DNA from: the human T2T-CHM13v2.0 reference genome, Homo sapiens
NCBI RefSeq assembly: GCF_009914755.1
Contig: NC_060933.1
Direction: 5' to 3' (one strand)
Length of the DNA: 64,000 bases
How positions within the stretch are numbered: the stretch's first letter is position 1; every line of letters starts with the position of its first letter. The notes beneath the pieces were generated by a model. It did not search any database. It was not told the origin of the DNA and saw only the letters and a list, made by a program, of their open reading frames with translations. The translations under genes were made by a program, and so were the position numbers. Shown piece after piece: positions 42,336-60,724 of this stretch.

Positions 42336-42835
42336 TGTGTTAGGTTCCTATTGCTGCTGTAACAAATTACTACACAGTTAATGTCTTAAAACAATGCAAA
42401 TTTATTAACTTGCAATTCTAGAGGCCAGAATTCCTAACCTAAAATTGAGATACTGGCAGAGCTGTGCTCCTTCAGGAGATTCTGGAGGAGACTTTGTTTC
42501 CTTGCTTTTTCCAGCTTCTAGAGGCTATCTGCATTCCTTGGCTTGTGGACCCTTCTACCATCTTCGGAGCCAGCAGCATAGCATTTTCAAATCTTTCTCC
42601 AATCTCTGTTTCCATCTCTTTCTTTCTGACTTCTCCTTTGGTTATCACATCTCTTTCTCTAATTGCTGCTTCCTCTTTTCTTTATAAGGACCCTTGTGAT
42701 GATATTAAACCCCATTTCAAGATCCTTAACTTAATCACACCTGCAAAGTCTCTTTTGCCATAAAGGTAACATATTCATAGGTTCTGGAGGTTAGGGTGTA
42801 GACATTTGGTGGGGAGCACTAATCAGCCGACCACA
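42336..42835 (-). mobile_element. MLT1(B/C-like) solo LTR
   Basis: TG...CA termini, exact 5-bp TSD TACCT on both sides, MLT1 motif tgctgctgtaacaaattac. Confidence 0.85.
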
Positions 42836-43509
42836 TACCTGCATTTCATAGAGATTAGATATCTGAAATCATAGAGATTATACATCTTTCCTTGAGCACC
42901 CTGATTTAAAAATATCTATACTGTAGTGATTTTGCTCTGAGTTCATGCCCTCTAATGCCATTCTCTGAAGAGCTCAAAGCTGAGTCTGAACCTGAAGGAA
43001 TTTAGGAAGGAATCAAGGATACTCTGAATGATTGACTTGAAACTAAAGTCTAAAAAAAAATAGCTTTTTTGTCATTGTGTGGCATTCTACTGCCTGATGC
43101 AATAGCATTTACGAATCTAGGTGTCAGGATGTTGTGCTTGTTTTGGAGTCAGGCTGACATGGTTTCAAATCCTGGCTTGGACACTTTGAGGTGAAGGTAT
43201 ACCTTAAAGATACTTTATTGCCGGCATGGAAACACTAATGTAAGTTCTCTGGGGTTAGCGGTATAACCAGGTATGAAGGCCAGGATTCTTGCCCCCGCCC
43301 CCCACTCCCAGAGAAAAGGAATGAGCTCTCTCTTACTCTTGGAGATACTTGGCAATTCTCTTTTTGCATCTGCTCAAAGTAGATGGAAATATTCCTAGAA
43401 AATATCCCCTCTCTGTACAACTCTTAGAAATACAGCTTTCTGGACAGCGGTTGAGATCTCTGGGTAGCTGTAGTTTTAAGTTCATCCTTAGAAACTTTAT
43501 ATTTCGAAC

Positions 43510-43720
43510 ATCTTTTAGAGTAGTTAGGAGCATATGCTCTGGAATTAGGCTGCCCACCATCAACCTTAGCTTCATCCTTTAACTGTGTGGCCCCGGGCAG
43601 GTTCTTACACTCTGTGAGCCTCTGCTTTCTCATGTGTAGACTAGGGATAATGATAACCTGCTAATACTGTTGTGAGGCGGCAGTGAAGTAATGGCTGGCT
43701 TGTACTCCATAAATATTAGC
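43510..43720 (+). mobile_element. MIR
   Basis: tgtgtggccccgggcaggttcttacactctgtgagcctctgctttctcatgtgtagactagggataat. Confidence 0.65.
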
Positions 43721-44914
43721 AGTTCATCAGATTGCTGCATTTCCTTGACTTTTGACTTACTATTTTAAAATTAATTCAATAGCCTTGTTATAAGTATGAT
43801 TTTTGTTCAGTGATTTGAAGAAGTCATTAACTGTGATGGGATGAGGGAGGGGACTGAGAAATATAGACAGACTTTGATGATTATGTGGTTATTGGTGATA
43901 CATTCTTAATTTCAGATATATTTTTATTCATTCCCCATGTATTTACTAAGCATAGAGCCTATGTTACATTATATGTCAGTGATTTACCCAAAAAGGGCTA
44001 TAAAAGAATGAGCAGGAAACTTTCACTAAGGTTTAGAGACATGCCCACTGTTATTTCGAGTTCCTCAATGCCAGGGGCTATTCATTCATTGCTTTATTCT
44101 ACTCGTTTATTGAGTGTGCCTGGCACTGTTAATAGGAGGTGAGACTAATCCAGCAGTGAATAAAACAAAAATCTGCCCTTATGGGGCTAACATTCTAGTG
44201 GGGAAAGACCGACAATAAATGGGTCATGTAAGTGTTATGGAGAAAAATAAATCAGGGTATGGGGTATGCCAGAGGGGCAACAGTAATTTTAAATTGGGTG
44301 GTCACAGAAAGCCTCCCTAAGAAGGTGGCCTTTGAGAAGTGAGGAAGTGTGAGTCCTGGAGATTTCTGGAGGAGCATTTCAGGCAGAAGGAAGGAGGTGC
44401 AAGGGCCCCAAGATTGGGAATGCTCTTGGTGAGTAAGGAAAGCAATCGTGGCCTCCTCCTTATGGATTCTCCTTTGAATGTTATGGAGTTTAGAACACAG
44501 AAGGCAAGTAGTTACAATTATTTTAACATTCTCACATTTAGCCAAGTGCTAAGGAAGCATCACACTTAAATTTTAATGAAGAGAAAACAGTATCTCATCA
44601 CTGCCTCTGTAACTTTCTGTCTAAATCAGAAATGAGTTTAACAAGTGGAAGTTTCGGACTTTTCAGTTTTGAGTATTGGGAAGAGGTTCGTCAACAAGAA
44701 CAATGGTCTTGATGACTTGGTTCTCCCCCATCTCACCTGAGCAGGTAGGAACAAGTGTGAGCTGGCGGACACATTCCAGCTCCACATCATGGATTCTTTC
44801 ATTTCCCAATTCTTTCATTTCCCCATTCTTTCATTCATTGTTTCATTTCCCAATCGCTAAGTCACTCTATGGATTGCAAAGAAATAACCAGAATTCAGAA
44901 AAGGGGAATTTATA

Positions 44915-45970
44915 ACTTTTTTGAGATCATCGGTTATTGAGGTATAATTTACATATCCCAAATGCAGCCAGTCCTGTATATAGTTGGCTGAGTGCTGACA
45001 AATGTATATACCCAGTGATGTGCTGATAAATAGTTAACTGGCCCTTTATGGAGAAAAGGAAGCCCTAATTTGTGACCTTTGCCAGTTTTTTGTGATGTAA
45101 ATACTTCTATCCTTGTTGATGTTAAGTCATCAACCTGCTGTCACTTAATAGGGTGCTGGGAAAAGATGTATTTGGTTGTTAGAAGGCGATGAGGAGGAGC
45201 TGTTTCCAGCACACACCTTTGCACTTTATGGGATTACCATAATCAAAATGCAAAACATTCTCAGCATGGTTCTCCAGGCATCTCCCAGCCTGTTCCCACT
45301 CCACACCCAGGCTATCACTGATCTGTTTTCATTCACTATACAGTAGGTTTATCTGTCTTAGAATTTTATGTTAATGGAATCATATGGTATGCACGTTTTT
45401 GTGTTAACATATTTTGAAATGTATTCATGATTGATTGTTCCTCTTAATTGTTTTTCATTACTGGGTATCATTCTATTATATGCCGTATGATCTTTATTTT
45501 ATCCTGTTATATTCTATTTTATACTTTGTGAAAATAAGTTATGGTACATGTAGTTTTTCATTCACCTATTGATGGACATTTGCATTGTTTCCAGTTTGGG
45601 GCTACTATTAAGAAAATTCTGTGAACGTTTATGAGTTTTGTCTAGAAATAATGTTTTAATTTCTTTTGGGTAAATACCTAGAAACAAAATGCCTAGATCG
45701 TGAGGAGAGTGTATGTTTCATAAATGGCCAAATGGTTTTCCAAAGACGTTGAACAATTTTATACTCCTATTAGCAATATATGAGAATTCTCATGCCCCAC
45801 AATCTCATTAAAACTTGGTATTGCCTGTCTTGTTAATGTTAGCCATTCTAGTGTGTGTGCAGTGCTATTATGATTTTAATTTTCATTCAAGCATCCTTTC
45901 ATGTGCGTATTGGCCATTTGTATATCTTCTTTTGTGAGATGTCCATTCAAGCTTTTGCCCCTTTGGTTAA
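44915..45970 (-). mobile_element. Old L1M 3' fragment with a probable MER63-like insertion (~45013-45215)
   Basis: ttattgaggtataatttaca...gatggacatttgcattgtttccagtttggggcta...ggccatttgtatatcttc; the insertion starts cagtgatgtgctg. Confidence 0.7.
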
Positions 45971-46136
45971 TTTGTTTGTAGAATGGAGGCAAATAACTTT
46001 TCAAAAAGGAGGTACAGAATTTGGAGGAATCTATAAATTGAAGAAGGCAGGAGGGAAAACCAAGCAGAGAAGAAGCCCAAGAGAACTGACAGGTTCCTCA
46101 AGGTGGCCACAATGCTGGTGACCCCAGCTTCATAAC

Positions 46137-46237
46137 TAGGTGACCAACTGTCCCTATTTCAGCACTGAAAAATCCTGTGTCCCAGGAAATTCCTTAGTCT
46201 TGGGTAAACTGTCTGTGGGGGTTGGCTGGTCACCTTG
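46137..46237 (+). mobile_element. MER81-like hAT-Blackjack MITE
   Basis: TIR-like taggtgaccaactgtccc / ggctggtcacct. Confidence 0.6.
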
Positions 46238-47286
46238 CATAACTATGTACAAGGAAGCTGCAAACTCTGTGCAAGGAGTCATTAGACTGTTGAGGGGTTT
46301 CGCTGCATGCTCAGGTGAAGCTGCCAGTGGTGAATGATTTCTGAAAGGCCACACAGCTCCTCATCAGGGGCAAAGCCAGTGTTAACACGTGGGTCTCAGC
46401 TGTCTGTTCAAAAGTCATCAGCTTGCTTGTGATATGAAAATTTAGGAACATTGGGAAGGTGTCCTCCTGCTGCTAGAAAAAAAAGTAAACCAAAAACTTC
46501 GGTGATTATTTTTTGAAATTACAGGCTCTGTGAACTCATTTATTTGGCTCAAGTTTTAATTTTCTGATCAAATGCAGTTTTCCCTGAAAGAACTGAAACA
46601 TTGAATCTACCAGTCATTTATTAGTATAAAATAGTTTACAACGCCTTTCCTAAGAACACACTTTGGTTCTAGAAAGGATAGAGATAGGAAAATTCTGGGT
46701 GCAAGGGTGACGGGCTATCATTCAGGAAGAAAAAGCACAAAAACTTGACAGAATTAGGAACAAGAGATGACATTCATTGACTTAGAGTTGTGTGTAGAGT
46801 TGTGTTAGTGTGTGACTGTACAGAAGAGGAGCTTTAGAGGGCTAAGAGGGAAGAAATTATTCTCTCTTTCCTTTATGTAGCTAGCTTTAAGGAAAAGGTT
46901 GGGCTTTGCACTATTTGCTATCGATTTTATACTTCATATACTCCTATTGTTTCTGATTTATTTATAAGATATCCCCATGTTAGTTATATATTGTTCCTTG
47001 TTTCAGTCCTCGCTGCTATTGAATAACGTAACCACAATCAGCTTTTGTTTTACATTACCCCAGAGAAGCTAGATGGAATGCCTGCTTATAGATAATATCA
47101 CTGCTGTTTTCATACACTGCCTTTCTTTTGAATAACTTCCAACATGTTGTGACATTTTTCTTCTTAATATTTATTAAATGCCCAACAGCATGTTGGTGCT
47201 TGTTGAAAGAATATAAAAGATAATTCTCTTCAGTAAGGGACATGCATATTAATAGATGAGAGACATAAACATGCTTTTACATATAA

Positions 47287-47290
<4 letters not shown>

Positions 47291-47331
<41 letters not shown>
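47291..47331. repeat. (AT)20 microsatellite
   Basis: Directly visible. Confidence 0.95.
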
Positions 47332-47333
<2 letters not shown>

Positions 47334-47619
47334 CCTAGAAGGTGATAGATTATTTTGTTTGGTTGGGGCAGAGTAATTGAACTAAGGCACTTTACGCTTT
47401 AGCTGTTATCTTGCAAACAAAATGAAAGAAAATAAAGGGTAGAGATGTCTCAACCCACAACTTTCAGAACCTTGGAAGAGTTGGTACTGCAATTAAGGTA
47501 GAGCTAAACCATTTTTGCTGAAATTAGCCTTAATGTGATAATTCTTTGATACTCATACTAGAGATTTTGAGCTGTATGTAGCTCTACTGTATGTGGTTTC
47601 AGTAATTTAAGGATTCTGA

Positions 47620-47924
<305 letters not shown>

Positions 47925-48340
47925 GGATTCTGATTTTTAGGCCATTCATTCAGCAGTCTTTAATGAGATTCTATTCTGTGTTGAGCCATGCACTAGGAGC
48001 TGGGAATAAAATGGTGAGCAAAACAGATGTTTTCCTGTCTCAATGGAACATATGGGCTGATGGGGACACAGGCATTAAACCAGTATTTGTACTAATTAAG
48101 GTATAACTAGAGGTGCATATTCTTATGATTCTATTAATATGAGATGGTATAATTAATGATGCTGACCTTGCCTGGGGAGTTTTGGAAGACTTCCTACTTG
48201 AGACACAAACTATGAGGAAGAGGAGTTCAGCTGGAGAGGGTCCACCCTCTCCCTCCAGCTGCAGTAGGGGAGGTGCCGCAGGTGGAGGGAGCAATGAGCT
48301 TGACACAGTCAAGGAATGGAAGGAAGGCCATCATAGCTAG

Positions 48341-49011
<671 letters not shown>

Positions 49012-51070
49012 GCCAGAGTACAGAAAGAATGCTGGTCAGTGTGATTTGAGGTGAGGCCAGAGAGAGGCTGGGCCAGACCACACAGGCCCCTAGGTCGGAG
49101 GAGGAGAATGGTCTATTCAGTGAGTTAGATGAAGCGTACGGAATAGTTCCCTGGCATGGTGTGAATAAAAGTTTAATACAATATTATTATTCTGATTTAC
49201 TTTTAAAAACTATATTATGAAATAGTATTAATTGTTGACTGATACTATTTATTTTGAGGGCAAAGGGAATCCACTAAAGGATTTTAGGCAGGGGTAGGCC
49301 ATAGAACACAGCCAGATTTGTATTTTGAAAGCCTCATTCCAGCTACTGTGTAGAAAACAGATATGAGAGGGGGTTGTTCTGTGACGATCTTCCTTATGGA
49401 AATTCTGTTTCTTTCCACGAGAACTACTGTATTTACCAAAGAGTGCTTTTGACAAAAGTTACAGGAGATGACAACTCTAAGCTTCTTGGGATTTTAAGGT
49501 TTTCTTGTAAAGGATTATGCAACCACTCCTGAATTCTACCCTTAGTCCTCTGGAATCTTAAAATGGGCCTGTAAAACCCTCCTTAAAACACTCCTGGAGG
49601 CTGGGGCTGGCATCTGTGCCCTCTTCCTCATTGTTCACTGCTGCTTCAGAGTCCAGGATCATTGAGATGAGAGGCTTCCCCGCCTGCATTCCCCGCTTGT
49701 TTTCAGAGTGCAGGATTTCATCTGTGTAGGTCAGAGCAGTTTCCACTTGAATAAAAAATGTGAGACTTAGACTTTGTTTCAAATCTTAATGATGAGACAT
49801 TCAATTACTGTGTAAAGCCCTAGTGAGGACATGATTTCTAAATAGCACAGAAATTGAGTGGGATGGTGGTTGAGAACGTGATGAACAGAAGGGAAAGAGA
49901 AATAAACTTTTTATCTGGAAAAATTAACATGGGCCAAGACTTTTTTTTTTTTTTTTTTTTAAATTAGGAAAGCTGAACTTTTGACTTGTCCCAACTGGAA
50001 AACATCCTGATGATAGTTATTATTTTAGGGCAGAGCCGTGGATGTCCTGGAGAAATAGCTACTATAGTATTTGCCTAAAGCATGTGAGTGTCAAAGAATG
50101 GAATCTGGGCGCTGCAGTGGTCTTGGAAATTAACTAGCCCAAAGTCCAATTTTATAGAAAAGGAGAACAGAGACTTAGTGTATGTTATTTAGCTCTGGTG
50201 AGTGTCAGCTGGAATTAGAACCAAGCTCTTCTGTCTTCAATGCATAGTTCAATTTTCATTCTATGATCCACATTTTATAATTTGCTGAGAAAATATGGTT
50301 GGTTGAGGTTTTGCTAGTTTGCTTTCCCAAAGTGGACAGGGGCTTATTTTCAAAGCCATCCTAAACAGACCTAACTGAGGAAAGGTGTATGTAAATGAGA
50401 GGACTAGAATGTTAGAGAAACGGATAAGATAAAGTAGAACCAACTGTTTTTATACAGGAAGCTTAGCTGATAGGTAGGATGTATGTTTTTGTCTTGTTTT
50501 AGATATTGCGATTTTACTTTTAGTTTTGCAATAAATGCATAATCTATATATTTATACTGTCTACAGAAGTCACAAACAAACGAAGTCATGTTATCTTTGT
50601 GAATGATCAATTGCTTAAGACATATTTCAAATTAACTGTATAAATAATCTAACAAGGTCCTTCATTGTACATTTCTCAGAGCAAACAAAATGCAATGTGT
50701 TTTTATAACTAGATAGCTATTTGATTTTCCCCCCTCTTTCCCACATTTGGGTATAGATTGATATAGAATTACTTAAAATGCTGCATATAAATTAAACATT
50801 AAAAGGAGATTTGGAGAGGCTAAGCTGCCCCATTATAATCTTCAGTTCCGCAGTCACTGCCTCAAGGACACTCCATTTCATATCACATGTCTTTCTTTTG
50901 AAAAGTGATCACCAAGGTTCAGGTAACATTTAAGCACAGCCAGCAGCTGCATAATTTATGGACCTTTTTTGTTTTGTGTTCCTTTTTAAATGAAAAACAG
51001 GAAAACAGAAGACGGTTTTCACACATTAATGTCTTTTTTTTGTTCTTTCCTTCCCACCCTTCCTTTGCAG

Positions 51071-51175
51071 ATAGGGGCCCTGAAGGACTACTACCACTTC
51101 TACCATAGCAGGACGATTAAAAGGTCAGTTATCTCGAGCAGAGGGACCCACAGTTTCATTTCAATGGAACCAAAG
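51071..51175 (+). CDS. PCSK5: PCSK5 coding exon 2 (residues 65-99, prodomain)
   Basis: ~40-nt polypyrimidine tract and TTTGCAG| acceptor. The 105 nt encode IGALKDYYHFYHSRTIKRSVISSRGTHSFISMEPK, in frame with exon 1. Donor AAG|GTAAGA. Confidence 0.96.
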
Positions 51176-53111
51176 GTAAGAAGAACCAGTTGCGTGGGGA
51201 CCAAGAGGCAAAGCTTCTGCATTTTTCATTGGTAATAACACACTAGGGGCTGAGGACCAGCATGAAGGCTCAGATTTCTAGAACTGTCATATTATCCTTT
51301 GGTCTAGTGTCTATGCTTCCTCTTTAGACAAAACTAGGCAGTGGCTTGATTTTTATTGATCTGCCACTATCATCCCAGTTGTAGAGTAGCCCAGGGGTAT
51401 CCATAGCTATGGGTTCTCATGGAGAGGTGAGAGGGGAATAGGGAGTGGGGAAGACAGAGTTTGATTGAGAATGATTGAACTGTTAACAATACCATACTGT
51501 CTACCTATTTGCATACAGATCTGAGGTTGTATGAGCTCCACAAAAGGAGGGGTTTCTTCCAGAACCCTTAGGTCAGGGGTACAGATCACCGTGAATCCTC
51601 ATGATTTTACTTGGCACTGATAGACCCACACCATTGGCAGCCTCAGGACTAGACTGTGTCTGGAACAGGTGGGATACTGAACACAGAAAGGGGAGAAGCT
51701 GACTCCTGCTCTTGGGGCCTCATCAGGTATCTTTCTTGTGCCAAGTCCTTTTGGGTTTTCCAGACGACGTACCCCTGGGAGAGCCTAGAAGCAAGCATGC
51801 TATGCCTAGGTTCTCCCGTTTTAGAGAAGTGGAGCAGCTTTGAAATGGGAGATGGGAAGCTGAGGGGTGTCAGGGACAAACTAATAGCCGACAACTAAGA
51901 CTCTGAGGTCGAGTTCAGTATCTGCCCTTATTAATTAAGTTGGTGGAAGGAATGGAGTTTTGACTGAGAACTAATTGGCCTCTCTGATGTGTCAAGTAAA
52001 GGGGAAGAGGGCGCATCTGTACCAACTTGCCCTAGTTCCTCTGTGGGCTCCCTGTGTATTATTGATTGTAGGGTGTTCTTGCTTTTTTCCCCTCCTTACG
52101 ATTTGGGTTTGCCTTAAGAACTCATTTTCAAAGAAATTGATAGATAAGCCCCTACCAGTGCGCATAGCAATCTCAGCTAGATATCCTCGAAAGTTATATT
52201 CCTTATAAAGCAAAAAGGCCCCTGTTTGAATTAATATGCAAATGAGGTTTGCAATATTGCGTCTTGCCCTCAGTTATGTGCTGTAGTTAGCCTTGTTTAA
52301 TTTTTTTCTGGAATATGTTCATGATTATGAAATTGTAACTTGGCTAGCGAAAGCACATACTTTCTATGTCCCTATTTTCTGTGGGTTATAGGAATATCCC
52401 CTAATACATTTTCATGGTCTGTGGATTACACATTTTTTCCTTTGTCACTATTCAGAATTGAATTTTTCTGGAAAGGCAGTCCATTTGGGACATTCATGAA
52501 TTAGCTGCATTTTCAAAGCAAAGTCATATTTTTCATCTCAAACTTTTTTGAAGCTTTTCTTGAACTTTGGTAATTAAAACGACGCTAATTTCAGACCTCA
52601 TGTACAAAATCAATGTGAATTTGAAAAACCAAGTACTAGTGGTTTGGGAAGTAAGAACAGAATGTTATGAGGCATTATTTTCATGATGAAGGATTTACTG
52701 AACATGGAGCTATTTCGATCCTTCTTGTTATCTTGGGGCATCTTGGTGTTTATTTCTTCTTATCTCAGTGCATCACATGGCTTATGCGTGATCCGACAGA
52801 GACCTTGTATGCTAGGACACATAGTACCTGGAATGCACTCCTATTTCAGGAGAGTGGGGCCATTGCAGGCCAGCCCAAGGGTGTACATGCTGCACTCCCC
52901 TGCCTCCTCAATAAAAATAATCCCTCAGAGTAGAGCCACAACTTACTCTCCATTCCAATGCCGTCTGCTCATCGTTCCCACCTAGCATTTACACAGGACA
53001 GCCACGGTTCCTACCAGCTTTGCAGAGAGAGAGCCACAAATTGGGGTTTGCCCACACTTTCGGATCTTTCTTGTAGTTCATTTATTCTTTGGCCCTTTTT
53101 CGAGCCCCTAG

Positions 53112-53578
<467 letters not shown>

Positions 53579-53754
53579 TTGTTTTTTTGTTTGTTTGTTT
53601 TAATTTTCAGAAACTTTTTATTTACAGAGAATTTGCAAACATGAAAATGTTACAAAGAATTTCTATATACTCTTCCTAGATTCCCCAAATGTTAATGTTT
53701 TACATTTTACCACACTTAGTTGATCATTCTTTCTGTCTACACACACATGTACAC

Positions 53755-54060
53755 ATTTTTTTATTTTTATTTTATTTTTGAGACAGAGTTTCGCTCTGTC
53801 ACCCAGGCTGGAATGCAGTGGCACGATCTCGACTCACTGCAACCGCTGTCTCCCGTTTTCAAGCAACTGTCTTGTCTCAGCCTCCTGAGTAGCTGAGACT
53901 ACAGGTGCATGCCACCACGCCCAGCTAATTTTTTGTATTTTTAGTAGAGACAAGGTTTCACTGTGTTAGCCAGGACGGTCTTGATCTCCTCTCCTCGTGA
54001 TCCACCCTCCTCGGCCTCCCAGAGTGCTGGGATTACAGGCGTGAGCCACTGAGCCCGGCC
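53755..54060 (-). mobile_element. Alu
   Basis: Antisense Alu ending gagcccggcc. Confidence 0.93.
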
Positions 54061-54636
54061 GATATTCACATGTATACGTATGTAAGGTATGCATATATAT
54101 ACATTTTCTGAACATTTGGGATCAACTTACAGATATGATGCGCCTTCAATTCTAAATAATTCACTGTGTATTTATTTAAAATAAGGACATTCTTTTTTAT
54201 AACCGTAAGTATAACAATAAAAATCTGGCTATTAATATTAACTTAATATTATCTAATCTACAGACTTTATCCAAATTTTTTGATTGCCTCTTTTCAGGGC
54301 CAGGAACACATTTAGTTGTCATGTTTCCCGAGTCCTCTTTACTCTGTCATATTTCTTCAGCTTTCTTTTTTTTTCTTTCATAAGCTAGAAATCATTTAAC
54401 AAGTACAAGCCAGTTATTTTGTAGAATATTTCTCAAGTTGGGTTTGTCTGTTTCCTCATGATTAGATTCAGGTTTGGCAAGAACATTTTTGGCAAGAATA
54501 TCAGAGAAGTGATGTGTTCTTCTCAGTACATCAGATTGAGAGGCACATGATACTGCTTTGTTTCATTACTGGTAGTGTTAACTTTGAACAAATGGTAAAT
54601 ATCGTATCTGCCAGTTTCTCTACTTTAAAATTACTA

Positions 54637-57348
<2,712 letters not shown>

Positions 57349-60300
57349 TATTTTCCCTTCTCCAATTAATAAGTGTTTTGTGGGAAAATACTTAGAGACT
57401 GCAAATTTCTACAAGCTCATTTTTTATTTTTTACTCCCAGCTGACTTCATTGGGCATATAAGGCAAGTGTTGGTGTGACAAGGTTTCTTGGGCAGGTCTC
57501 TTTCCTTTATCTTGGATGTGGATAGGGTGGGTGATTTGTGTGCCAGAGTGGGGGTACATTTGTGGGTTTGGACCATGTGAAATGGCTTCGTGGAAAATTG
57601 ATGATGCAACCTTAAAGTTATTTTTGATCATCACCTTCTCAAGAAAGGAAAAACACGTGAGTGAATTGTAGGGGATACACACACTAAACAGATCCTGGCT
57701 TTTACTTACTATAGTAAATTGCACACTCCCTTTTCCCCCTCCTTTTATTCTTTACTTACAAGGCTCCAAAGAAGGAAATGCAAAAGTAGCCACATTGTAA
57801 GAGCAACCCTCTTGGTGCTAAGAAAATGATGTGGTCAGTTTGGGCACATGAGCCCAGAGAACAAGAATAGCCTTGACTCACACATATAATGTGTGTTAAC
57901 ATTATGTTATGATTAACTTTTTAAATAACAGAGATTCACAGACTTCTAACATAGAAGCACTAGGGCAATAATAACACAGTTTTGCAGAAAGTGCTGTTAT
58001 ATTTTATAGCAGTCTGCCCAATAAGGCTTTCATCCTTCTTGTCCACATCTTTCTTTTTGACTTGACAACATTTCTCTGAGAGATCTAAGCTAAATTTTAG
58101 AAACAATAGTCTGAGTTCACGTTTTCAAAGCCTCTTACTAGTCTGTTTATAAATTTTGGTGAGCCACAAACATTTGGGTCAAGGACAGTGTTATCTGTAG
58201 GAGAATATTGGATGGAAGCTCTTTAGTTGCTCATGGAGTTGGAAGGGTGTGAGGGGGAGTGCGGAGAAGATCATTTTCTTTCATTTTCCTTCCCCTTATC
58301 CAAAAACAGAAAAACTAAAATCCTAACTTTTCTAGTAGGGTAGGGCATATTTGACTTTTAAAAATAAAAACCATAAACTGCCATTAAGTTAGACACCCAT
58401 GCGCTATGCATATGTGGTTAATTACATAAGCATAGCTTCCCCTTTTTCCCATTAGATTTTATCTTGAAGGTTCTAGCCTATCAATCTTTTATCTTTTCCA
58501 TTCCTTTTTCTATCCTCAAATCTATTATGGGCCAGTTTTTATCCAAGACTAAGACAGTGTCACTCCCTCCGATGAGTAAGCAATGGGCATCTCCCATCTT
58601 GTCGCTCCCTACGTTCACCTCAGCCAGCCTGCCTCATCACGTGGATGTGTGTGGCTGCGTTTCTCACTTGGAAAAGCTATTCATATAACATTACTTATTG
58701 TGGAATCACAGACTCCTTAGAATTAGAGTTGATTTAGTCTTATCACTTTACTATCCAATGCTGCCATACCATCCATTGTACTTCTAAAAGGAATTTTTTC
58801 AGATCTGTTTGAACATTTCCAATCAAAGAGGCTTCACCATCAGACAGGGCAAACATTTCTATATTTTAAGAGATTTAACGTGTTGGTTATAATCTGCTTG
58901 CCTGTAACGTCTACCCATCGAGTCTACTTTTGCCTTCCAGAATTCTATACACTCTTAAATCCATTTCTCTGTAATAGTTCTTTAAATATTTGAAGCCTTT
59001 TGTTTATTCTCTTGGAAAAGCAATTGTCTCCTTATAAGTGTGGCCCAGCATCAAGTTCAAGTCTTTAGCTTCCCATTTGTTACATTTATCCATAAGCCAT
59101 TTCCTCTGAAGAGAATTTAAAGCAGAGCATTCAAGCATTGTGCAATGAGGAAAGGGCATAGGAAAAGGACAGGAAGGGAGAAATGAAGTGATTGGATGTA
59201 GCTGGCAGGATCAGATGAACTCAGACCTGTGAAAGAAGAAAAGCAAGTTCAAGTTTCCTACTCATTCAGGCTGGTGCCTGTTGTGCTCAGGATTAGATTT
59301 TCAGGTGCCTGGGGTTTCTCTTTTTGCCTCAAGAGTAAAATAGGTGTAATGGAGTAACTGGAGTACAGGAGCACTTCCCTGTACATAATGGAGAGGTTGT
59401 GCGCATCTACTCCTTATCAGTCAAATTCCATTTCCCCATGGATTCACTTTATAATTTCAGAAGTATTTTTTCTTTACTACTACTAATTGATCTGTAATTG
59501 ATCCATGGAGGCAACCATCACATTTGCTATCCTGAACTTGGAGACAAAACCATTTACAAGCTTTTTACATATAGCCGATCTACTAGGTGAACTTTGGAGT
59601 TAAAGAACCTTATTTAGTTAAAAATAAGTATTCAGAAGTGTCTGAGGTCAGTCTTAACATGGCTTACATTTCTGCCATGCCTCTTCATTAATTGTGGCCA
59701 TGCTTTTTCACAAATAATATTTCATGGGGTCTAGCGTAGCTTCAAAGTGAGTTTCACCTGGAGTTCAAGTGCTTCCTGTGTAGGCCACTGCTGCATTGCC
59801 TCTCTCCCAGCCTGCCCTCCTTCCAGCGGGCGCTCCTGGGTGTTTTCTTTGGCAGGTTAACGTGCTGCTCTTCAGTTTTAAATGCGATAATGACTTAATG
59901 TTTGGGCTTTCTTTTGTGCAGTGCAGTTTTATAAGTGTAATATAACAATCCAGGGTTTGTGCTCATCCAGCTGTGTGGGCTGATCCAGGGTGTGTTGAGA
60001 TCTGTGGCTTTGGCCTTGTGTTTCTGCACAATGAGGGTGGCTGTGTTTTCTTCGGGTACGTACCTGAGGCTTTGTGTGGTTGCTTAGGAATGGTGATTTC
60101 ACGTTTGCCTCTCATCATCTTACTGGTAAGTAAAAATGGTTACCAAATATCCTGAGAATGCACTGTATTCTTCTGGAAACAGCATGGGCTTGGATCCAAT
60201 GACAAGCAGAGAGGCTGCAGATGTGCTGATCAGGAGGGACTTAGGACAGCTCTCTCGTTTCTGGCTACCTTTTTTGCCATGTTTTCACCAGCTATGAATG

Positions 60301-60724
60301 CGATCATTATAGCAAATCCCTGTCTTTAACATTTGATAGCATTTCTGAGTCTTTGCAAATCCCACTAGAATGCATACACTCTTGGGAGAAGCCTTTCAGC
60401 CTTAGATTAGCCCTTGGATCCATTTATGGTGACACGATGATTAGGAGTGTGGAAGAGACCTGAAGAGGCATGTGGGTGCCGGGTCCACTGTGTTCTCCAC
60501 CTCCCTGTCCTATCGGTTTTGTTTCCAGGTCTCCTAGGTGTCTGGATGGTCAGAAACCAGAGGGTCAGATTGTACGCTGCTGGAATATCTGATGGGAAAG
60601 TTTTGATCAAAGACCCAATCTCTTATAGGCAGAAGTAAATTATTTAAAAAATGATTTCTCAGCTACTTTGGCAAGGCTGCCAAATCTTTATTAGAGAGTG
60701 CTTGGCAGTACTTCACTTCAAAAG

